A stretch of DNA of 64,000 nucleotides from Eledone cirrhosa (taxonomy: Eukaryota), in NCBI GenBank assembly GCA_964016885.1, contig CAXHJY010000080.1, forward strand, positions 1 to 64,000, read 5' to 3'. Positions 1 through 10,100 of this stretch are shown in pieces. The position numbers and the translations under genes were made by a program. The notes below the pieces were generated by a model. That model saw nothing but the letters and a program-made list of their open reading frames with translations. It made no database searches and was not told the origin of the DNA. How positions within the stretch are numbered: the stretch's first letter is position 1; the number at the start of each line of letters is the position of its first letter.

Positions 1-5
1 GAAAC

Positions 6-39
6 TATATATATATATATATATAGATATAGATATATA
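6..39. repeat. (TA)n microsatellite with TAGA interruptions
   Basis: Seen directly. Confidence 0.85.
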
Positions 40-217
40 GTTAATAAAAGATCATATTTGAATGAGAAAACAGACAAATATAGGTGAAGAAAAAAATTAT
101 TATAGCTCAAAATAAACTATTCAGAATGCTAAATACAATTCAGTTTGAGTTGTATGAACTCCTTGTTTGAAAGTGTTTAAATAACAATATTAACTCATGG
201 GGCAAATATTTCAATAA

Positions 218-255
218 TATATATATATATATATATTGTGTGTGTGTGTATATAT
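218..255. repeat. Compound (TA)n(TG)n microsatellite
   Basis: Seen directly. Confidence 0.85.
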
Positions 256-1145
256 CAAAAGAAAGTGTACAACCAATCAAGGAGAGATAAGAGATTAGTT
301 GTGAGAATTATAAGCCAGTAGTGAAGAGGACAGTCTGCTCAATGTATATTAAGTGCAAGGCAAGCTAACAGTGAAAGTAAATGAATCATACATCATGCAA
401 AAAGTGTACAGGCAGAGCGTTAATATAAAAATTATTGTCAGAGAATACAGAACCAAATTCTTGAATAAATATATTTATTGGTTTACAATTGTTTCAGAAG
501 CCAGACCACAATTCAGTTCATAAATAGCCCCTTTAGTTATGAATGACCATGGGTTTTACACCTAGAAAGTTTATCTCAAGGCAAGGTGATTTTGTGGAAG
601 ACCAGTAGTTGCTCATACATACCAGAGATACATTTTTGAATGTGTAGAGAATAATTATATTGTTGAACTTTAAAAAAAAATTGTCATTTTCTTGTGATCT
701 TAAAATGAAGAATTACGTGCATTAATGGATATTGTATTATTTGAATATTAATATAAAGCATATTGAATGATTGCATATGATATGCTGAAGAGTTGCACAA
801 AATATACTGAATAGTTGCATAAAATAGTGTCTTGATTTATTGTGGTAGGTGTATCTAGTTATCAGAAAATATTTTGAATGAGAAATGGCATGTCCCATCC
901 CTGATTCAGTTAGTTTAGATGAATTGAGTCTTTCAATAAAAAATATAATTATTTCATACAGAAATCGTATATGTTCTTCTAAGATAAAATGTTATTTATT
1001 GTATTTTTTTAGTATAAAATCTTCATATATATATACAAATACATTTATCCTTTTGTCTCCATTTGATAAATGTGTTAATTGATGTCTGAGATCTGTATAA
1101 TAGAATTAATGAAACTATTCTTAATTTCATATGTGAGTAAAAGTA

Positions 1146-1256
1146 TGTGGCCTAATGTTTAGGGTGTTGGACTCATGGTCATAATATCGTGGATTTGATT
1201 CCTGGACCAATTGGTGAATTGTATTCTTGAGCAAAATACTTTATTCATGCTGCTCT
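1146..1256 (+). mobile_element. Degenerate tRNA-derived SINE 5' fragment
   Basis: A-box-like tggcctaatgtt, B-box-like ggatttgattcc about 43 nt later, then ttcttgagcaaaatacttt resembling the conserved segment that follows the tRNA head in many animal SINEs. Confidence 0.6.
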
Positions 1257-1590
1257 TTCTGCCAGGAGTTTTGACTGGTAGATAGTGTCAGTAACAGAAA
1301 GACCAATGGAAACATCATTTCCTTGGTCTGATCTAAAAATTGGTTCCTTTCCTTTTCCATATGAGAAATAATAGTTTTGTTACTTTGTAAATAAAAATTC
1401 CAGTAATGATTTATTACTTAGCATTTTCAAAAAATAGTATTGAATTCCTCATTAACTTCTAACAGATTTTAATTCTGAAAATGGTTAAGAGAAAACTATT
1501 TATTTTTGCAAAATAGAATGAAAAAATATATAGATAATATCAACTATAGAAGTAATAATTATACTGTCATTTTAAAGCTTTTTATTCCAG

Positions 1591-2136
1591 AATGTCAATC
1601 AGTAAGAGCTGATATTATATTTGTTATTGGAACATCTTTGAAAGCTACTGCAGTAGATTTCCAGCATATGATGAATTTTACCCAAGAATTTTTGAAATAT
1701 TTTGAGATTGATTCAGGTAATGTGAGGATAGGATTATTGGTGTATAATTCCAAACAGCTTGTACAATTTAATCTAAATAGCTTTCAAACAGAAGCTGACA
1801 TAGACAGTGCAATCGGGAACATATCCTTTGTACAAAGGAAGCCATATATATCGAAAGCTTTCAATGTTATGGAAAAAAGGATGTTTACACCTGTGAGTGG
1901 AGACCGTCATGATGTAGATAACATCGTAATTTTTCTAACTAATCAAATTTACAAGGAAGATATAAAAAAGCTTATTAAAAAATATAGAGGTACAAAAACT
2001 ACCAGATACAATTTGTATGCTTTGGGTCTTGGAGTATCTGGATTAATGCCTACTGCGAAAAATTCAGCTGCCTACGAAATAAGTACTCTGTATTTGAGAA
2101 AACATCTACCAGATATTATCAATTTAATATGTCCAG
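1591..2136 (+). CDS. Divergent VWA exon, 546 nt, phase 1-1, MIDAS degenerate
   Basis: Acceptor tttattccag|, donor cag|gtgagt; CQSVRADIIFVI...GNVRIG..VQFNLN..MFT..SGDR..NIVIFLT..ICP aligns with the array VWA. Confidence 0.88.
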
Positions 2137-5100
2137 GTGAGTTATATTAATTTTTTCATTCTCATTCTGTCATATTGAATATAGCAATTTACTCATTGAA
2201 TATTTTACTGAATATTATTTTCACTTCTATGGTATTATCATAAATTTTTATTTGTACAATGGAGTCTTTTTTTTTTTTGTTTTCTGGTATCAGTGATTCT
2301 TCATGTTGCAACTTAATGGATTGTATATGTACAGTTATATATGTGTGCAGTAATGTATGTACAAGTGAATTATGGGACAATATATATGCAGTTGCTATAA
2401 GATTTCATTGAGGAAATTAAGGCATAGCATTTGTAGAGAGTCTGATGATTTGTGTAGTTTTTACATAGTACAAATGGCATTGTGGATATGTTTTCTGGTG
2501 TTGTGGAGTAGATATGTTTTCTGGTGTTGTGGAGTAGATATGTTTTCTGGTGTTGTGGGTATGTTATCTGGTGTTGTGGATATGTTCTCTGGTGTTGTGG
2601 GTACATTCTCTGGTATTGTGGGTACATTCTCTGGTGTTGTGGGTATGTTCTCTGATGTTGTAGGTACATTGTCTGGCATTGTGGGTACATTCTCTGGTGT
2701 TGTGGGTATGTTCTCTGGTGTTGTGGATATGTTCTCTGGTGTTGTGGGTACATTCTCTGGTGTTGTGGGTACATTCTCTGGTGTTGTGGATATGTTCTCT
2801 GGTGTTGTGGGTACATTGTCTGGTATTGTGGGTACATTCTCTGGTGTTGTGGGTACATTCTCTGGTGTTGTGGATATGTTCTCTGGTGTTGTGGGTACAT
2901 TGTCTGGTATTGTGGGTACATTCTCTGGCGTTGTGGGTACATTCTCTGGCATTGTGGGTACATTCTCTGGCATTGTGGGTACATTCTCTAGTATTGTGGG
3001 TACATTCCTCTGCTGTTGTGGGTATGTTCTGTGAGGTTGTGATTAAGGTCTTCAGTACTGTAACTATGTAATGTTTGTACTTTGGTGCAGATAAATGAAA
3101 TTGTCTTGTCCACATTGATGTAAAGGTTTTAAAGTCTCCCTGTCTTTGTTCATAGGAAATGAATATGTCCACAAAGAGGCTTTTCCAAACATAATGATGA
3201 GATAGTAAAATAGGGACTATGTGCAATGAGATGTAACTACAAATAAAGAAGGAAGTAGCAAGTGGGATAATTTATCCCTGCGGTACACCTTTGTGGATAT
3301 ATATAGAGCAATGTTAATGACAACCATGTTAAAATGGTAAAACCTGATTGGAAGCTTTCAATCATGTTTTGTTAGTTTTTAAGATCAAATATCAATGGCA
3401 CCTTCCCTTTCATCAAAGGTTTTAAGGAGAAAAGACCATTATATGGAGGTCTCTCAAATATTACTTTGATGATACCTGATGCAACAACAAAACAAGGTTT
3501 ACATGGCCATTTTCCCTGTTAAAAGTAGAGGATAGCCTTAGAGATCAAATTACAGGAGATCATTTTTAAGGCAATGTTTACCAGCTAGATGCCCCTCTTT
3601 GGATTATTTTTAACATTTGTTCTTTATCATATTTTAAAAATGAACTACACTGCTTATATAATTTAATTTTGCAAATTCGCAAGAATTCTGAAGAGTTTAT
3701 CAAAATGACTTTTCAAAATAATTGAAAGAAAGATGCTTACATAAGATTATGTTGGAATGTTTTAATAAAAAATGTAAACACTTTATAACAAGAAGTACTG
3801 TATTCTAAAACCAAGGCCAGTTTCAGGCAGGATGGGATTAAAACAAATTCTTTTGTCATGATGTGAAAAAACTCCCTTGCCTTAAAATGCACACACACAT
3901 AAAATGAAGCCCATATACATTAAATATGACATATTCTCAATTAGTAGATTATCTAATTTAATTAAACAATTTCATTTGTGAAATTGGTTCTAAGTGGGTT
4001 TAATAAATGTGTGAAACAGAATCCTAAAAAAAATAATTTATTTTGAAATCGGTGCGAAATATTTTTCCATTTTCACAGATTAAATTTCTTATGCAGCTGC
4101 CATTAAGCTTATCTAACATGCATTATATTTCACAGCATTAATAAAATAATTCAGCTTCAGTTTTCATAGTTAATATTGGAAATTGATTTGATAATTTCCT
4201 CTATGGTAAATTTTTTTTTTTTTTTTTTTTTTCAAATTTTAAATCTTTAAATATTTCCTCATCACTATATTTCTTGAACACTATCCTTTCTACCAATTTT
4301 TATTTCTTGTGTTGTTACTGATTAACATTTGTTTTTTGTTCTGTCTTTATTTTATTTTAATGTTAATATGCATGAAATTTGTTTTGCTTCGTTTTTGTTT
4401 TATTTTCACATATTTTAACTATTTTCACCACTCAATATTTGTTTAAATGAGTATTGTTTTTCTTCCTCATAATTATATATTTTTCCAAACGTATTTATCA
4501 AATAATTACATGAGCTGTAATATTCAATAATAAAACTTGATAAAATATAGTTATCTAACAAGGTTTTAAACATGGATAAAAAATGTTATTTTTCTAAATT
4601 TTAATTGTTTTATCAATATTAGCTGAAGAAATTGGAATTTATATACATAAACTAAAATGTCTATGTAAAAAGAAACAAATAAAAAATTGAAATAACTCTG
4701 TAGGATATACACAAATTTATAACTTTTATTGTTATAAAAAATAAATGCAATCGTCATCACCATTTAACACCCATTTTCCCACACTAGCATGAGTTAGCAA
4801 TATATTCACTTATTGAAAAGATAGTAAATATTAAATTTTCAGAATCAAATTTTGAAATAAAATTTATATAAATAGTGTCTCCTAATAAGATAAGATTTAA
4901 ATATGTTGGCAAACAGTAACCACTCTTTGCAACAAAAAATAAATAGACAAATGGTTCCCTGGTATAGATATATATTTTATCATGACTACTTGTCTGAAAC
5001 CATACTTCAGGGTATAGTTGAAAGCAGTAAAGAAAGTCCTTGTCTGATAACATCAACTGGACAGCTCTCAAGATTGTGACAGAGACCAGTGATACATACC

Positions 5101-5328
5101 TTTGTTATAGGCAAAATATATTGATTTTCTTCATGTGTCACCTTGAGTCTTTCAACATCAAACACTTTCAACCTGTTGATTCAGGTAGCATTATCTGATT
5201 CCAGTGATATATAGTGGTGTGTAAATAACGCATGAAATAAAATTTGTTACTATTTTGTTTAAAGGCCTAAATAATCATGATATACACTAGTTTGTTTTAA
5301 ACTTTTATAATATGTATACACACACACA

Positions 5329-5368
<40 letters not shown>

Positions 5369-7092
5369 ATACAAATATATATAATATATATATAGTCTAA
5401 TCAGTATATCAGTATAGTTTGATGAAGCTGCCCAATTGTTAGAATATTTACTTAATTTTATATAGCAACAGAAAAGATGCCCTTTAAATCAACAAATATT
5501 TAAATATAAATATACATTCCTTCAAAATTGTAATAAGTTTAAAAATTACATGAGAACTAAAGCCCTTTTTAGCATAATCAAATATCAATAAAATCTAGGT
5601 TATTTATATAAATTCTATTCAGCTCATTGTCTTATTGCTAGATTGTAAAATATTGTAAATTGATTAAAGTGTTCTTAACTTAATATTTTATCATGTACAT
5701 CATAAAATAAGTTTAATTCTGGTAAATTGGTTATTAAATCTTTATATTGTATTAATTGCTGTAGTTATTTAATCTAAATATTTATTCATAATATTCATTA
5801 AATAATTTAATATATACTTAAAATATCTATTTCTACTTTAATTTATTCAAATAAAATGCATTTGTTATTGGTTATTTTTAATGATAAATAACATAATCAT
5901 AACATTAAGTTGTAATTTATAAATATTTTATCAAAGTATCATTGTGTGGTTATACATATGTTTACTATTTTATGCAATTGTATTATTAAACTGTATTACA
6001 TGTTAATGATAATATTACAATAATTTTATCAGAGTTATCATTGTCATTATTATTAATAGTAGTAAAAATAATGTGTCTAGTGTTTTAAATGGCAATCAAT
6101 TATATATGCTTAGTAAATATGGTCATGAGAATGAGTAGTCACTCGGTACCATAGTAGAGATAGATATATTCTTTATTAAGACCAAGCTTGAGACTTATTA
6201 ACCTCAGGTTTTTTCTGTGTACTCACTGTGTCATCAGACAAGACTAATTTTCAGAGGATTGAAAGAGAGTATATATAGAAAAAAACTACTCGCTTCCTCC
6301 TCCTTTCCCTATCCCCCATTCCTCACCACCCCTGTGGTTTTTATCTCTCTATATATAATGTCTCTCCATCTTCAGAAACAGTCTTATCTGAAGACCCTGT
6401 GAGTACATGGGAGAAACTCCAAAGTAACAAGACTTAAGCTTTCCTTATCAAAGAATATATAATATATATCTATTTATACTAATGTTTAATTATATTATAC
6501 TTACATAATAATTACAACAACGAAACATGAATAATTTCCTTCTATTGGATTAATATTTGGTTAACTATAATTATGAAACTCTTAACAGTTTATTAGAAAA
6601 AGACTAAATGATAGAGGTTTAGAAACAGAATTGTAATGTGTATTAAAAAATTAATTGCAAATATAAATAATTCCTACTAAAATCAATCATATTTAAAATT
6701 AATTACATATTCATTTGCCTTTTGTACATGATATATTTGACCAAAATAACAAACTCGCCTTAATCATATTTCAGCCACACCTACACCTCCTGGTAAGTAC
6801 TCATGCTTTATTTTCAATCGTGGGTAACCACAGTAAGTAAGGCACTAAATACATTAATATAGTGTAAACAACAAATTTAATATAGAAATGGCTTCTACAG
6901 GATTGGAACTGTTTCATTCAAAGGAGACAGCTTCCCTGTTATATGTATGTATAATATATATATATATATATATATATAGGTGAAACAATTGTTCTCGGTA
7001 TGGTGAACTAACTGTTCTGTAACCACTTCTACTTAACTCGTCCCATGGACTGAGTGCTCTACCACTACCGATATTACCTTCCAGTGTTCTAC

Positions 7093-7138
<46 letters not shown>

Positions 7139-10100
7139 GAATCTATATTGATATACAAAATATCGACTCCATAACCCCTCAATGTAAATTTGGCACAAAA
7201 ATACCAAAAACAGACCATCCTCCTATAGATAATGTTGGAGACAACACTTTTAATATCTTGCAAAAAAATAATATAGAACCAAGCAGTAAATTATATTTAT
7301 AAATGCTTTTAAAAGCTCTTTGTGAAACTCTTATTTTAAGCTAGTAATTTTACTTATTTTATCCATTTTATTTCTTTTTTAATTTCAGTTGTTACACAAC
7401 CAACTGGTAAGTCACACATTAATTCTTACTTTTATCTATTACTATATGGAAAGAAAAAAACAAACAAACAAAAAAAAAAAAAAAGACAGTACCAACATTC
7501 TATGCCGATATGTATTTTTGCATTTATCCACAGGGATATATATTACTGCTGTAATTTAACAGAATAAATACTAAATTATTGTTTAAATATTTTATACTTA
7601 AATTTATAAGGGGTGATATTTGGAAGTTTATTAAAATAATATAAGTTATCGTTAAAATGAAATTCTTTAAGGCTACTGACTGTTAGTTGTTAACATATCA
7701 GAGTGCCTTTTGAAATTCCATTTACTGTGCATCATTTTATGATTATATGATTAAATAGAATACCAGAAATATTAATAGCAGATATACAAGAGTTTTACAT
7801 AATAGAAAACATGAATTAACTATAATGATTTTAAGTAGTACAATAGTAAGATCAATAATTAAATAATTTTACTGAATATATATTTCTTATTTAACATTTA
7901 TTATAAAGAAAATATATTAAAAAAACATGATAAATTACATAGTCTGTTCAAAAGAATTCTATTAAAATTTCTAAATTTAATTTTGATGTTTTTACATCGC
8001 AATGTTCAAAATCAAATTGAATTTTATCCATTAGAACTAAACAATTTAAATTAAAATTACCATCACAGTATAATTTAAAGTATGTTTATCTCATTTTCTT
8101 ATCTATCCCTTTTGTTACTGTATTTCTAATGAAAGACAAACTATTTGGATGGATTAAGTAAAATATCTTAATTTCTCATTTTTTAGCTGGATTTTGGAAT
8201 GTAAGAAAGGTTCTACATAAACTCATGATAAAAGGTCTTTAGATAAATATAACCACTTTAAAACATCATTATATTGTAGAAACAGGGGTGTAAGGGCAGT
8301 TTGGTATCAAAAGTGTTAAATCTGAATTTATTAGTGTAAGAAAACAAGAAAAAATACAAATTTCTTTTTAAAAAAGATGTCTACAGCACAAAGAAAAGCT
8401 TATTTCAACAAAAGGTGAGTTCTGTTCAAGGTTGCCGCAGTGGTGGTCACTTAAGAATAAATTAATAAATTCAAATTTATTTTCACTTAAAAAAAAACAA
8501 TAATTAATTTTTTTATAACACATTTGGTTCAATTTGAAAAATATATGAAAATACTTTATATATTATACATTATTTTTACTTCAAAAGTAAAAAAAAAAAT
8601 GAAAATATTCCTTTACTTACTCAAGAGAATCTATATATAACTACTTCAGTAAATTTATTGAAAACATTTTGTATTCTTTGACTTAAAGAAGAGTTCTAAC
8701 ATTGATTGTATTTAACTTAGAGAGAAGAAAGGTGTCTGAAAATGTGAGTCATTGTGTATGTGGCCGTTGAGAATATAAGTTGTGCATGTTAAATTATGAG
8801 TTTCGTTTTACTGGTTTCAATCATTGAACTGGGGCCATGCTAGGGCACTGCAATCAATAATTGAAATTAAAAACATCTATATATACATTGCGTGAAATAG
8901 TTATAAAGAAAATACTTATCATTATTGAAATTATTGGTATATATTGTTGTTACAGCTCACAATTGTGTAGGTTTAGCAGGCTTCCTATGAGGGTGTGTTA
9001 ATAACAGAGACCTAGGTCATATATAACTGGGCACAATGATAGCTGTATAATCTTCTGCATTTAATCTTTACATACCTTCACATCTAGATCTATTCTTTGT
9101 CACACATGTAACAAATGAACAAACATATTTACCAAAAATTTGATGTCATTTAACCTAAAATTTTGTATTTAATTATTAATATCATGTAATAAGTTATCAA
9201 AAAATATCTAAAATCAGGTTTACTAATTCAAATGTTTATATTATCATTAGTAGTGGACAGGTCACTATTAAATATACAGTATTAGAGTAATGTAATGTAG
9301 TCAGTGTTGTTTTGTACTTTTGAAAAATGCCTTGCTAAAGTTTGATGAAATTAGGATGTTATGGGTTAATGTAAAATGAGGTACTATCTAGAATAATTCT
9401 ACACAGTAAACGTAGGTATGATATATATATATGTATGAGTCAGGAGCTCAGCCGTCGGGATCCTGACTCATTCATATAACCATACTCTACTACCCCAAGT
9501 ATTGAGCACTCTGATGAGTAATGGTCTAACCAGTTTATTACTGAATCCATCCTGATATATATATATATATTGGTCAAAGTACATTTGTAAAAAGTTCAAA
9601 CACAGACAATGGTATTTCAGGGAGCATTTGTATTTTGCATTGTGATGGCAGCATGTCATAATATATTTTTCAATATGAAATATTTGTTGTAGAAAGAGTA
9701 AATCCAAATGAATTTCATTCATATATATCATAGCATTGTGTAACAAAGTGAATAGTTTATGATACGGATGTTTCTGTTGCATTTATAATTTTGTTACTAA
9801 GTTGGCTACAATTATTCGTTATCAATTATATTCAGTTGTGTTTGGTGTTAATAAGAGGATTAGGATAGATCTAAGTACATAAAATTGTACTTAAATACAA
9901 TAACTGTTATCTAGACTAAAGATAACATGGATCATGTTAAAAAAAAAAACCTAAACCAACAGGCTGTTCATATAATAATATATATACATATTGAGCATTG
10001 ATTAAGGTTTTAACTTTATAGTCTTCATAGCAAGCTGTGAAAGTATATGTATATTTATAAAATTTATTTACTTATCTATTATTTGGCTCAAGGTAAAGAT

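Larger units (their letters stand above)
6164..6460. mobile_element. Degenerate inverted-repeat element with a hammerhead-like motif in each arm; probable Penelope-like retroelement terminal-repeat remnant
   Basis: Reverse complement of ~6164-6287 aligns with ~6336-6460 (agtcttRtctgaWga...gtgagtaca...aagctt...aaagaatatat), around a C-rich spacer. Confidence 0.6.

Noticed and set aside
2370-3226. MYPQHQR, FSGVVGT, ECTHNTR and VHSLVLW repeat proteins
   Set aside because: A 21-bp unit lacking stops is open in most frames; no splice or start context supports them
5040-5230. Possible GIY-YIG/Penelope coding remnant (NINWTALKIV...)
   Set aside because: Resemblance too short and degenerate to support without a profile search
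8377-8420. Extra exon ending at the strong donor aag|gtgagt (8414/8415)
   Set aside because: Nearest AGs give 28 or 38 nt, not multiples of 3, with poor pyrimidine tracts, and would break the frame
885-9782. Short ORFs at 885, 2189, 4566, 4784, 6217, 6914, 7033 and 9468
   Set aside because: AT-rich low-complexity or (TA)n-derived translations (YIYIYI) with no recognisable motifs
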